Position numbers and translations under genes: made by a program
Shown: one piece after another, positions 35,222 through 44,570 of the stretch
Position numbering within the stretch: the stretch's first letter is position 1
How the letters are laid out: every line of letters starts with the position of its first letter
NCBI GenBank assembly: GCA_015232565.1
Contig: JADFZK010000010.1
Coordinates: 987 to 64,986, forward strand
Direction of reading: 5' to 3'
Source of the DNA: Candidatus Omnitrophota bacterium
GTDB lineage: Bacteria; Omnitrophota; Gorgyraeia; Zapsychrales; Fredricksoniimonadaceae
Length of the DNA stretch: 64,000 nt
The notes under the pieces: generated by a model
The model's database searches: none
The model's input: only the letters and a program-made list of their open reading frames with translations
Told to the model about the DNA's origin: nothing

Positions 35222-35932
35222 CTATTTAATAGGCAAAAAGCCTTCCATCTCGCCTTCACCGACCCACAGCACGGCCTGTTTTTTGCGCGTACTGCGCAAA
35301 TAAGTGATCTTGTAATTCTTCTCCGGCGGCACCGCGGCCAGCATAGCCTTGAACTGCTTGAAGCTGGTAATATCTTTGGCGTTAAAAGACAGCAGAATAT
35401 CTCCCGGTTGCAACATCGCCTTGGCCGCCCAGGAATTGCCCATGACGCCGGTGATCTTAACCTTGCCCGCGCCCACTTCTACCGCCTCCACGCCCATTAT
35501 CTTAACCAACTCCGGCGCCGCCTGCCCCGGCTCAATAGCCGGCGCTCCGGTCATAGCTGCGGCCATGGCACCGGGCTGTAACATCATTCCCGAACCACCA
35601 TAAACTTGCGGCTGACCCTGTCCGGCATAATAACCTTGCCCACCACCCTGGCCCGCATAAAAGCCCTGGCCGCCACCCTGCCCGGCATAATACCCCTGAC
35701 CCGCCCCTTGCGCGGGATAATAACCCTGCGCCCCGCCGGCGGGAGCGCCAGCCGCAACCGGACAAACAAAACCCGGAGTATTCAAAGCGGCCTGCTTAAA
35801 CATATCGGCGGTCTGCACCTCATGAAAAGCATCCTGCGCCGTATCCTGCACCGTGTTATTATTAACCGCGGCAATTACCAGCACCACCAGAAAAGTGATC
35901 CCGCAGATCATAATGATATTTTCTTTGCTCAT
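35222..35932 (-). CDS. Membrane-anchored protein with (A)GQGGGQG[YF]Y tandem repeats and a C-terminal PDZ domain
   Basis: One TM segment is followed by GAQGYYPAQGAGQGYYAGQGGGQGFYAGQGGGQGYYAGQGQPQVY. The PDZ domain reads VKITGVMGNSWAAKAMLQPGDILLSFN. Confidence 0.55.
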   Translation of the reverse strand: MSKENIIMICGITFLVVLVIAAVNNNTVQDTAQDAFHEVQTADMFKQAALNTPGFVCPVAAGAPAGGAQGYYPAQGAGQGYYAGQGGGQGFYAGQGGGQGYYAGQGQPQVYGGSGMMLQPGAMAAAMTGAPAIEPGQAAPELVKIMGVEAVEVGAGKVKITGVMGNSWAAKAMLQPGDILLSFNAKDITSFKQFKAMLAAVPPEKNYKITYLRSTRKKQAVLWVGEGEMEGFLPIK

Positions 35933-35962
35933 GAGCTTCCCCTAGGTTTTCCAACAGCCGGG

Positions 35963-37003
35963 TTATACCAGAAACAGTTTTATCGCCAGCACAATAAGTA
36001 TCACTACAAACAAATAAAGCGTGATCTTGGTGTTCAGCTTGGGCGCAATGCGCGCCCCGGCTTGCGCACCAACAATAACGCCAATCCCCATCCACACCGC
36101 TTCCGCATAGCAAACATTACCCAGAAAAACATGCGGCAGCAACGCGATAGCGCAGGTCAACAATGTTACAAAGTGACTGGTCGCAGTAGCGATATGCGAA
36201 GGGTACCTTAACAAAAAGATCAGGATCGGCACCTGAAAAACCCCGCCGCCAATGCCTAAGAAACCGCAGAAGAAACCCAAAGCCAGGTTTAAAGATACGC
36301 CCAGCTTATCGTTAGCAAAGAAATCGTACTTGACGCCAAAAGCGTCCATGAACTTCACCCGGCGGAAGCCGCCCGCTTTGGCTTCTTTTAACAAAGTCTT
36401 GGTTTGCGCCGCGGTTTTATCCAGCCGGCCAATACTGAAGATCGTATAAAACGACAGAAATACCAGGAAAACACCGAAGATAATATTGAAGAACGAAAGA
36501 TTTATCAAATGGTGGGTAAAGCTGGAAATAAGCGCACCCGGCATGGCCGCCAGCGTGAACTTTAACCCGCCCTTATAATCGATCCGTTTCTGCAGGGAAT
36601 ACCCCAAACAGCCCGAACCCGCATTCAGGAATACTATGAATAACGAGGTGGCCACCAGCAACTCGTTCTCCCAGCCGTAAAAGAACACCAGCAAAGGCAG
36701 AATGATCGGACCGCCGCCAATACCCACGATAGTGCCATAACAACCAATAGCAAAACCGGTGAACAAAAGCACCCACCAGGCCGGCAGGTCGGCAGGTACT
36801 GCCGCGCCCGGCATGCCCGGCTGAACGCCCACCGCTCCGGCGGCGCCATTCAGCGCCACCTGCATGGTCGACAAGGTTTGCGGCGCCGGCTTGTTAGACG
36901 AGCTGAACATCGCCACCAGGATCACGATCATCAGGACGAGCGCCGCGCCGATCTTGGCGTAGCTCTTCCAGTCGTGTTGCACTTCGTCGTTCATTTGGAA
37001 CAT
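35963..37003 (-). CDS. TauE/SafE (DUF81) family membrane transporter
   Basis: It has two repeated 4-TM halves with GxGGG motifs (VGIGGGPIILPLL and LGIGGGVFQVPIL). Confidence 0.75.
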   Translation of the reverse strand: MFQMNDEVQHDWKSYAKIGAALVLMIVILVAMFSSSNKPAPQTLSTMQVALNGAAGAVGVQPGMPGAAVPADLPAWWVLLFTGFAIGCYGTIVGIGGGPIILPLLVFFYGWENELLVATSLFIVFLNAGSGCLGYSLQKRIDYKGGLKFTLAAMPGALISSFTHHLINLSFFNIIFGVFLVFLSFYTIFSIGRLDKTAAQTKTLLKEAKAGGFRRVKFMDAFGVKYDFFANDKLGVSLNLALGFFCGFLGIGGGVFQVPILIFLLRYPSHIATATSHFVTLLTCAIALLPHVFLGNVCYAEAVWMGIGVIVGAQAGARIAPKLNTKITLYLFVVILIVLAIKLFLV

Positions 37004-37021
37004 ACAGACCTCATTACCCGA

Positions 37022-38824
37022 TTACGGGAGCAGACTTAAAAAGATGATATAAAAAGACGCGAGCACAAGGACCACAATAGCGAACGGAATACCCCGGCGG
37101 CTATAACTGGCAAACGATAAACCTTCCTTGTTCTTGAGGTCTTTCCCCATTTCCTCTACCAGCGTTTGCGAAACCACCCCGGCGCTGGCGCCCGAAATAC
37201 AAGCGCACGCCCCGGCGATCGAGCCCAGGTTGAGCGCCCACCACACCACATCGGTAAAATCCGCAAAGCCCGAATGCATAACTATCGGCACCAGAAAAGC
37301 GGTGGCCGGCCCGGCATTCATCAGGGCGGTAAAGATCGCCATGGTGAGCATCAGCAAAATAGGATACAGGATCTTGTTGCCCATGGACAGCGTGACCAAA
37401 GTATCCGACACCACTTTAAGGAGCCCCGAATACAAAGCGCCGCCCACGATCAAAAACAAAGCAATAAAGAACAGCATGTCCGTGAGGCTGATCTTCTTGA
37501 TGACTTCCCGCGCCTTGTGATTCTCGAGCGCCAGCAAAAGAAAACCGCCGCCCAGCGCGATAGGCGCCAAACGCACTTTAAAGAACGGCAGCACCAAGAA
37601 AGCCACCAGCACACAACCTAAAACGATCAAAACCCGCTTGATCCGCGGCCAATCCATCTTCATAGCCGACAGCTCGTCTTCCACCTGAGCCAGGAAAGCC
37701 TTCTCCAGCTTGATGGAACGGTGCTTCTCTTTATGGCGGAATTCGGTGTACCACATGAACCACAGGAAAACGCCCAACAGGATAGCGCAGATCGGCCCCA
37801 TGACAATAAGGAAATCCAGGAAAGACAAACCGGCGGAAGACGCCATTAACATGTTGGAAAAATCCCCCACCGGAGTCATATTGCCGCCGATAACCGAGGA
37901 AATAAGTTCGGATACGATCACCGGGATCGGGTCAAAATTAAGCCCCCGCGCCACATAAATGGTTATGGGAATAACCACCAGAATGATCGAAATATTATTA
38001 ACAAACGCTGACGCCACCGCGGTCACCACGCACAGGGCAAAGACCACTTTCATAGTATTGGCCTTGAACATCACCACTATTTTCTTGGCACAGAATTCAA
38101 AAACCCGCAAGTCTTCGAGAAAAATAGTAAAAATGCTCATGCCCATAAAAATGAAGATCGGGCTCATATGAATAGCATCGAACGCTTCGGTCTGGTTATA
38201 AAAACCAAACGCCGTCCCCGCCAAAAGCATCAGCACCGCGCCCAGCGTAACGCATACTGTACGATTGAATAAATTAAGGAAGAGCATGGCAAAAGTGATC
38301 GCCACGATAACCAGCACCACCAGAATATTCCGGCCGCTGGGTCCGAACAGGTCGACCCCGGCATTCATGGGCAGGCGCTCGCTCATGGTAAGCTTGCCAC
38401 CATTGCGCATGATCACAAAAGTCACTTTATCGCCCGGCTTGTTCTGCGACATTAAAAACGCCAGATGGCTGGCCGACTGGATATCGACATTATTGTACTT
38501 AAGGATCACATCGCCGCGGCGAATATCGATCAGCCGCCGGGCCGCGCCTTTGGGCACATTGTTAACCAGCACGCCCGCCACCACCGGCAGGTTGAATTCC
38601 TTGGCAATGACCGGGTTAACCGTAATGCCGTCAAACTCGATAGCGCTCGAACCGCCCGATTGCGCCAAACGCGGCGTACCGCGCTGGGGCATCTGCCGGC
38701 TGTCAATAAACAACGCCGCCAGGACGATCACCACCACCAAAGCAATGGCCGTTTCCATGAACGGAAAGCTCTTTATGCGCTTCAAGCCGTCTTCCTGCAT
38801 TGACCTTCTGATATTTAACGCCAT
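37022..38824 (-). CDS. PDZ-domain fused to ArsB/NhaD-superfamily ion permease (MamN-like transporter?)
   Basis: An N-terminal TM segment is followed by a PDZ domain (AGVLVNNVPKGAARRLIDIRRGDVIL). A ~450-aa polytopic permease follows, with two repeated halves typical of the ArsB/NhaD/CitMHS fold. Confidence 0.6.
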   Translation of the reverse strand: MALNIRRSMQEDGLKRIKSFPFMETAIALVVVIVLAALFIDSRQMPQRGTPRLAQSGGSSAIEFDGITVNPVIAKEFNLPVVAGVLVNNVPKGAARRLIDIRRGDVILKYNNVDIQSASHLAFLMSQNKPGDKVTFVIMRNGGKLTMSERLPMNAGVDLFGPSGRNILVVLVIVAITFAMLFLNLFNRTVCVTLGAVLMLLAGTAFGFYNQTEAFDAIHMSPIFIFMGMSIFTIFLEDLRVFEFCAKKIVVMFKANTMKVVFALCVVTAVASAFVNNISIILVVIPITIYVARGLNFDPIPVIVSELISSVIGGNMTPVGDFSNMLMASSAGLSFLDFLIVMGPICAILLGVFLWFMWYTEFRHKEKHRSIKLEKAFLAQVEDELSAMKMDWPRIKRVLIVLGCVLVAFLVLPFFKVRLAPIALGGGFLLLALENHKAREVIKKISLTDMLFFIALFLIVGGALYSGLLKVVSDTLVTLSMGNKILYPILLMLTMAIFTALMNAGPATAFLVPIVMHSGFADFTDVVWWALNLGSIAGACACISGASAGVVSQTLVEEMGKDLKNKEGLSFASYSRRGIPFAIVVLVLASFYIIFLSLLP

Positions 38825-38902
38825 GATACTGATCCCCGGTTATTAACCTTGGTTCCGGGCCGGAATAACCCCGGCCCCTGCACTTGCTCTTTATGAAACA
38901 AA

Positions 38903-39709
38903 CTACTTTACGACCTCATTAGCAATAACATTACCCATCGGGCCGCTTTTCAGCCCGGTGACCTGCCGCTCCACCTGCTCACGATTGCCGGCGTTCGAAA
39001 GGCCCGGCTCGCGATAATCGATAATGGTATTCTTGTCGAGGTCGTTATCCACAATCGCGTAATGGAACATGCTCTCCCGATACCCGAACACGAAAGCATA
39101 GATACAACCGGGCACTTCTTTCACCGCGGCGTGGAAAATACTGGCCGCCTTGTTATATTCCATCCGGCTGTCGGCAATACGGTTCTCGCTGATGATCAGG
39201 GCGTTCATCAAATCCTGGAAATTGGTACTCAGCTTGAGGTCGGGATACGCTTCCGCCACGGCCAGCAGTTTGGTCATCGAACTCTTGAAAGCCTCGGGCT
39301 TCATTTTGCTGAAATCGTCTATGCCGATGTTCTTGAGCACGTCCACCATCATTTCCGACTTGCCGGCATTGCCCGTGCGCGAATCGGCCATGTATTTGTA
39401 CAGGATCCGTTCATGCTCGGCATAAGCCAGCACCATCCGGGCCAGGTTGGCCGCCAGGTTCCGTTTGCGCTGGAGCTGGACCTCGATCTGATGCTGTTCC
39501 ATGTCGGTAAAACGCGACAGGTTAATGAACTTGTTGTAATAATAGATCCCAGGCAGAATGATAACCACTGCAATGACCACCGCCCATACGCCCTCCCGGC
39601 TTTGCAGGTTCTTAAAATCGATCTTCTGCCACCAGTGCCGGCCGACCGGCTTAAGCTCGCCGAGCTCGCTGGGGAAAAGGCGTTTTATTGAATCCGTTAC
39701 CATACTCAT
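38903..39709 (-). CDS. mamQ: LemA family protein (MamQ-like)
   Basis: An N-terminal TM segment is followed by the LemA core QHQIEVQLQRKRNLAANLARMVLAYAEHER. Confidence 0.7.
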   Translation of the reverse strand: MSMVTDSIKRLFPSELGELKPVGRHWWQKIDFKNLQSREGVWAVVIAVVIILPGIYYYNKFINLSRFTDMEQHQIEVQLQRKRNLAANLARMVLAYAEHERILYKYMADSRTGNAGKSEMMVDVLKNIGIDDFSKMKPEAFKSSMTKLLAVAEAYPDLKLSTNFQDLMNALIISENRIADSRMEYNKAASIFHAAVKEVPGCIYAFVFGYRESMFHYAIVDNDLDKNTIIDYREPGLSNAGNREQVERQVTGLKSGPMGNVIANEVVK

Positions 39710-39770
39710 GACTGGTCTCCCGTTGCACTCAAACCCGCCAGGGGCCGCCTGGCCCGCCGGTTAAACGATC

Positions 39771-40586
39771 TTAATGGCCGGAACGCTTCTGGCCGCGCTC
39801 GAGATCCATGGCTTTCTTGAAACAAACAATAGCGTCGTTATGGTTACCGTTGCTCTCGTATAAAAACCCGAGGGCCTGATAATACACCGCCTGACGCGGC
39901 TCCAGGTCGATAGCCTTCTTGTAGAACTTCTTGGCCTCTTCCACATTCTCGGTCTTCTCGTAGCAGGTGCCCAGGTGATAATAACTGTCGGCATGCTCCT
40001 CGTTGACCTCAATGGCCTTCAGCAGATAAGGGATCGCTTCGGCATACTCTTCCTGCGAAACCAGGCAATCGCCCAGCTCGGTGATAATATTGATGTCGCT
40101 CTTCTCAATCTTCTCGGCCTTCTTCAGGTACTCGACCGCTTCCTTGCACTCATCCATGTTCTTGTGGCACATGGCGAGCATATAAAGGATATCGGCATCT
40201 TCGGAGTTTTCCTCTTCGTAGTGCAGGAAATAATTAAGGGCTTTTTCGAAATCACCCTTTTCAAAATATTTGTAACCCTGCTCCTTGTTGAAAGAAGCCT
40301 TGGTCTGTTCAGGCGCCACAAAAACACTCTGATAGGCGTTCGTCAGGCCGTTGATAATGCGCTCGGCGGTAGACAGCGTTACATTAGCGGCCACCTTTAA
40401 CTGCTGGTCAAAGCCAGGCGCCTTGGGCGCTTTGGATCTTCTGGCGCGGGCGTGATGATGCGGCTTTTTCTCCGCCGCCGCCGCCTCATTACCCTCGACC
40501 AGCGACGCTTCATCGATATCCGCCGAAGCATTCTCTGCCTTCTCGATCTCTTCGTGATGCCTTTTATGTTTCTTAAGCTCTTCCAT
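39771..40586 (-). CDS. mamA: TPR-repeat protein (MamA-like)
   Basis: There are about 5 TPR units (e.g. AEAIPYLLKAIEVNEEHADSYYHLGTCYEKTENVEEAKKFYKKAIDLEP). It sits among the CDF, LemA and magnetochrome genes. Confidence 0.65.
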   Translation of the reverse strand: MEELKKHKRHHEEIEKAENASADIDEASLVEGNEAAAAEKKPHHHARARRSKAPKAPGFDQQLKVAANVTLSTAERIINGLTNAYQSVFVAPEQTKASFNKEQGYKYFEKGDFEKALNYFLHYEEENSEDADILYMLAMCHKNMDECKEAVEYLKKAEKIEKSDINIITELGDCLVSQEEYAEAIPYLLKAIEVNEEHADSYYHLGTCYEKTENVEEAKKFYKKAIDLEPRQAVYYQALGFLYESNGNHNDAIVCFKKAMDLERGQKRSGH

Positions 40587-40617
40587 GTTCCCCTCCTGTT
40601 AACCTAATTGAAAATAT

Positions 40618-41526
40618 TTATTTCCGGGCCGCCTGGGCCAAAGCTTTCGGCGTTATGTTCTCTTTACATGTAAACGCCACCGTAACGTCCTTGATCTGCG
40701 TATATTTCCGCATTAAAGCCTGCCGCACTTCCCGCGCAATAGCATGGCCTTCCTGCACCGTGTTACGCGGATCGATAATGATCTCCATATCCACCCAGGC
40801 ATGCTGACCCACCCGACGGGCATGCACATAATTAACGCCCTGGACCTGGCGGTATTTCAATACTTCGGCCTCGATCACCTTTTCCTTGTCGCCGGGCAGG
40901 GCTTCATCGATCAAATTCTTGAACGATTGCAAGCCCAGGGTGACCGCCGACTTGCCGATCATCAACCCCACAAAGATCGCGGCCAGCGCGTCGATGATGG
41001 GAAACCCGATATTGGCCGCAAAGACCCCGAACAAAACCGCGATGCTGGAGAGCATATCGGAACGGTTCTCCTGGGCATTGGCGATCATGGCCGGCGAGTT
41101 CAGCTTTTTGCCCACGCAAAAACCATACGATGACAGGATGAAGTTCGCCAGAATCGCCACCAAAGCGGCAAAGAACGCCGCCATGTGCGGCGGATGTATT
41201 TGGCCGCTCACAATAACCCCGATCGCGTCGATCAAAATCATGCAGGCTATACCAAAAAGCAAAATATAAGCAAAAACCGCGCCCAGGAACTCCGACTTGC
41301 CCAGCCCCCAGGGATATTTCTTGTCGTCCTTGTGGCTCGACAGGCGGACGGTGATGATGACCATCAAAGTCGTGGCTACGTCCGTACCGCTGTGAAAACC
41401 GTCGGCCACCAGGCCTTTGGAATTGGCCGCGTAACCGATATAGATCTGAAATATCGCCAGCGTAAGGTTCCCCATTAAGACGATCCAGGGAACGATCTTG
41501 CCGCATTTAACACATTTTTCTTGCAT
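40618..41526 (-). CDS. mamB: CDF transporter, MamB-like (N-terminal CxxC)
   Basis: The N-terminus MQEKCVKCGK and the motifs HSGTDV and AQENRSDM match the CDF layout. A C-terminal cytoplasmic domain is present. Confidence 0.7.
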   Translation of the reverse strand: MQEKCVKCGKIVPWIVLMGNLTLAIFQIYIGYAANSKGLVADGFHSGTDVATTLMVIITVRLSSHKDDKKYPWGLGKSEFLGAVFAYILLFGIACMILIDAIGVIVSGQIHPPHMAAFFAALVAILANFILSSYGFCVGKKLNSPAMIANAQENRSDMLSSIAVLFGVFAANIGFPIIDALAAIFVGLMIGKSAVTLGLQSFKNLIDEALPGDKEKVIEAEVLKYRQVQGVNYVHARRVGQHAWVDMEIIIDPRNTVQEGHAIAREVRQALMRKYTQIKDVTVAFTCKENITPKALAQAARK

Positions 41527-41575
41527 GCCTGAAACCTTACCTTAAATAAATCGTCAGCGCCAAAGCCTGTTACCC

Positions 41576-42472
41576 TCAGGTATCCGCTGGCACATCCTGG
41601 ATAAAAATATTGCCGATGTATTTGTCTTCACTGCGCAACAAAGCCCGCACCGACTGGTTTATGTGCTTGGCTTCCAGCACGCTGATCTCCGGGCTGAGCT
41701 GTAAACCGATATCCAGGACGATCTGCCGGCCGGTCTGGCGCGCCCGCACATGCTTGATACGCACAATACCTTTGATCGTAACGATACTGCGCCGCAATTT
41801 CTCCAGATAATCCTCGGGCAGATTGGTGTCCATGATACCCTTCAGGCCCGACTTCAAGATCCCGAAACTGGCATGCAGAACGTGCACGCACTCAAAGATC
41901 GCGATAGCCGGATCCACCCAGTGCAGCCCCATGCGCGTAACCACTACACCGATAGCCACCAGCAAAGAAGAAATAACGTCGATCTTGTTATGCTCGGCAT
42001 GCGCTTTGAGCGACGGGCTGTTAAGCTCTTCACCGCTGCAACGCGAAAATTTGTAAATAAAAGCGCTGATGACCGCGCTCAGGATCGCCACGAAGAACAC
42101 CACCGAGTGCTGGACCACGAACGTGCGCTTGGCTATGACAATGAACGAACTTAAGATCAGCGCCAGCGTGCCGAGGATCATGATGACGCTCATCACTACC
42201 TGGGCGATGAACTCGATCTTGCCGTAGCCGTAAGGATAACGGTGATCGGCCGGCTTCTTGGAATACTTGACGCCTATAATTACAACGATCGAAGAAAAAA
42301 CATCGCTCAGATTGCAAAGGCCGCTGCCAATAAGCGCGCGACTGCGCCCCATGAACCCCACGAAAAGCTTGAAAGCCGCCAGGAACAGGTTCGCCAGGAT
42401 GCCGGCGAAGATCGTTTTGCGCGCACAACCTTCGCACTTCTCCGAACTTTTTTTCTTCGGCTCAGGCCTCAT
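41576..42472 (-). CDS. CDF transporter (MamB/MamM-like paralog)
   Basis: It has the N-terminal motif CEGC, the CDF signature YPYGYGKIEF, a six-TM topology and a C-terminal cytoplasmic domain. Confidence 0.65.
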   Translation of the reverse strand: MRPEPKKKSSEKCEGCARKTIFAGILANLFLAAFKLFVGFMGRSRALIGSGLCNLSDVFSSIVVIIGVKYSKKPADHRYPYGYGKIEFIAQVVMSVIMILGTLALILSSFIVIAKRTFVVQHSVVFFVAILSAVISAFIYKFSRCSGEELNSPSLKAHAEHNKIDVISSLLVAIGVVVTRMGLHWVDPAIAIFECVHVLHASFGILKSGLKGIMDTNLPEDYLEKLRRSIVTIKGIVRIKHVRARQTGRQIVLDIGLQLSPEISVLEAKHINQSVRALLRSEDKYIGNIFIQDVPADT

Positions 42473-42737
42473 CTTCGAACAGCTCCCCGTCGTCTTCCTT
42501 GGCCTCTAAAGCCTGACGCTTCTTGCGCATCTTGGAACCGAAATGCACCATTACCCAGAACATATTCGACAAACCCAGCAAGTAGGAAATAGCGATAATG
42601 ATTATCAACCCGCACTGGCGCCCCTTAAAGAACGGGATCCAGATCCGGACCGGTTCCAGGTTCTCGAAAATGAACATCCCCATAAAAAGGAGAAACAACA
42701 AAACAGCAATGATCTTGAGTATCAGTTTTATTTTCAT
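42462..42737 (-). CDS. Small two-TM membrane protein (LapA/DUF1049-like; MamI/MamL-type candidate)
   Basis: The 91-aa protein has two hydrophobic helices and a charged C-terminal tail. It overlaps both neighbours. Confidence 0.4.
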   Translation of the reverse strand: MKIKLILKIIAVLLFLLFMGMFIFENLEPVRIWIPFFKGRQCGLIIIIAISYLLGLSNMFWVMVHFGSKMRKKRQALEAKEDDGELFEDEA

Positions 42738-43954
42738 ATCGCCGGCTTTAATATCAGGTGACAGTTCTTACATTTTCCCCGGTATTCGTGCGGCGCCACC
42801 GCCCCTTTGGTGATGGGCGGAGGATTAGGCAGGATATCGCCGGCATCCGTCGGCAACTGGCCGCCGGTTATCATGATGATATGGCACGCGGTACACGGCT
42901 TGCTCCGGTTGCGATGCGGGCTTAAAGCACCCGGCGTTATGGGCTGGGCCGCTTCGTTCTGGGAAAAACCAATGGTACGGGTGGAAACGAACGTAAACTC
43001 CATTAACTGCCCTCTCCGCGACACCTGCACATCGGCCTTACGGCGGTTCTTGACCCGGCGCGTAGCCTCGGTGAACGCCACCAGGTCCGGCGTGGCGTAA
43101 TTCTCCACCGCCACCACCATATCGCCGGCCAAAATACCGGACTCGGCAGATTCCAGCGAGATCTCATCGACCAGCAAACCCTTTTGATGGGGCGGGATCT
43201 TGTATTCGGTAGCCAGTTCCGGCGTCAGCGGTATAAGCTCCATGCCCAGCCAATGACCTTCAATAAGTTCTTTCTGCGCAGCGCCCTGTTCTTTGGGTGA
43301 AGGCAAAACGACCGACGGCACCGCAGGGGCATTCGCCGGGTTCATGGCCGCGGCCTCGGCGGTTTCAGCCGGCGCCCGGTTACCCATTGCTCCGGCCGGC
43401 GCAAAAGCCACCGGGCTTAAAGGCTGGCCGGCATCGGGCGCGGTAACAGCCTGCGCCATCGCGGTCGGACCTGCGGCCACCGGCGAGGAAACAACGCCGG
43501 TAGTGCCGGGGTCAATATTCAAAGCTTTCTTGAGCTTGTCGTGCAAGCCAACCATGTGCTCCATGGTAATAAAAAGCGGCTGGCCATTGCGCAGAATATC
43601 CAGCAGAACGCCCTGCTCCAGGCTGGTGACCTTGGTGACCTTAAGGAAATCCGCCAGATTGGCCACCTTCCGGTTATTGATCCCCTTGATCAGGTCGCCA
43701 CTACGCACCCCCGCCGTATAAGCCGGGTCTTCACACCAATCCACCACCACCCCGGTCTCGTCCTTAGGGATGGCGAACTCCATTTGCAAAGCGGAGGTCG
43801 GATTAGACACCGTCATGCCGCCCCACTCGGCGTCGCCGGCCCCGATGTGCATCAGCGCGGCCACTATCAGCAAACCCACCACGATCAGCAGGGTCAGCAG
43901 AATATTCCGCTTCCATCTTTTATTGCGATATTGGCTTAATTCAGCGTCGATCAT
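42734..43954 (-). CDS. mamP: Membrane-anchored two-PDZ, double-magnetochrome c-type cytochrome (MamP/MamE-like without a protease domain)
   Basis: One TM segment is followed by PDZ1 (GVRSGDLIKGINNRKV) and PDZ2 (GILAGDMVVAVENYATPDLVAF). The C-terminus has PHRNRSKPCTACHII and PHEYRGKCKNCHLI. Confidence 0.7.
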   Translation of the reverse strand: MIDAELSQYRNKRWKRNILLTLLIVVGLLIVAALMHIGAGDAEWGGMTVSNPTSALQMEFAIPKDETGVVVDWCEDPAYTAGVRSGDLIKGINNRKVANLADFLKVTKVTSLEQGVLLDILRNGQPLFITMEHMVGLHDKLKKALNIDPGTTGVVSSPVAAGPTAMAQAVTAPDAGQPLSPVAFAPAGAMGNRAPAETAEAAAMNPANAPAVPSVVLPSPKEQGAAQKELIEGHWLGMELIPLTPELATEYKIPPHQKGLLVDEISLESAESGILAGDMVVAVENYATPDLVAFTEATRRVKNRRKADVQVSRRGQLMEFTFVSTRTIGFSQNEAAQPITPGALSPHRNRSKPCTACHIIMITGGQLPTDAGDILPNPPPITKGAVAPHEYRGKCKNCHLILKPAI

Positions 43955-43966
43955 AGATCCGTTCTG

Positions 43967-44230
43967 CTATTCTTGGGCGATCGTTTTGGGGTTAAGCTCG
44001 ATCCGTTCAATACCGATATTACATTCCTTACAAACCCACAGGTCCCTTTTCGCCGTACTCATATATATCCCGATCAACAAAAGCGGTACGCCCAGCACCG
44101 CGCCGATCCAGAATAAAGTTGCCAGCACGCCGGCCACGATCAGAAAACCGGCCACTTTCCGGTTATAGCGGGGACCTGAATAAAGCTGCATTACGCCGTT
44201 ACAATGTGAACAAACTATGGGTTTGGCCAT
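43967..44230 (-). CDS. Small zinc-ribbon membrane protein
   Basis: The motifs CSHCNG and CKECN flank one TM helix. Confidence 0.4.
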   Translation of the reverse strand: MAKPIVCSHCNGVMQLYSGPRYNRKVAGFLIVAGVLATLFWIGAVLGVPLLLIGIYMSTAKRDLWVCKECNIGIERIELNPKTIAQE

Positions 44231-44247
44231 GATCTTTCCTTCCGAAT

Positions 44248-44508
44248 TTAATCCTGATTGGCGATAAGAGCATCGATCGCTTTTTCTTTTTCCACATCAA
44301 TAACCACCGGCGCATTGTCGGCCCGCTCAACCGGAACAGGCGCCTGAGGCCGCGTTGTTCTGGTAACTGCCGCCGGCTGGGCCGCTTTCCTGCCTACCGG
44401 CTCGACGGAGTCCACCTTGGCAGGCTTCTTCCCCGTGAGCGACAAACCCACACCCACCGCCGCCGCTATAGCCGTAAAAGCCCAGATCGAAAATGGTTCC
44501 ATAGCCAA
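44248..44508 (-). CDS. Small single-TM protein with Pro/Ala-rich tail
   Basis: This 86-aa protein has an N-terminal TM segment (FSIWAFTAIAAAVGVGLSL). Confidence 0.35.
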   Translation of the reverse strand: MAMEPFSIWAFTAIAAAVGVGLSLTGKKPAKVDSVEPVGRKAAQPAAVTRTTRPQAPVPVERADNAPVVIDVEKEKAIDALIANQD

Positions 44509-44570
44509 ATCTCCTTATATTTCCTGCGCCCGGAACGGCCAACACCTGCCGCCAGGCCGCACCGATCGTT

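Noticed and set aside
35963-37003. Reading TauE/SafE as a magnetosome-specific iron transporter
   Set aside because: The family is a generic anion/sulfite exporter. Its position inside the operon is noted, but there is no sequence basis for an iron-specific function.
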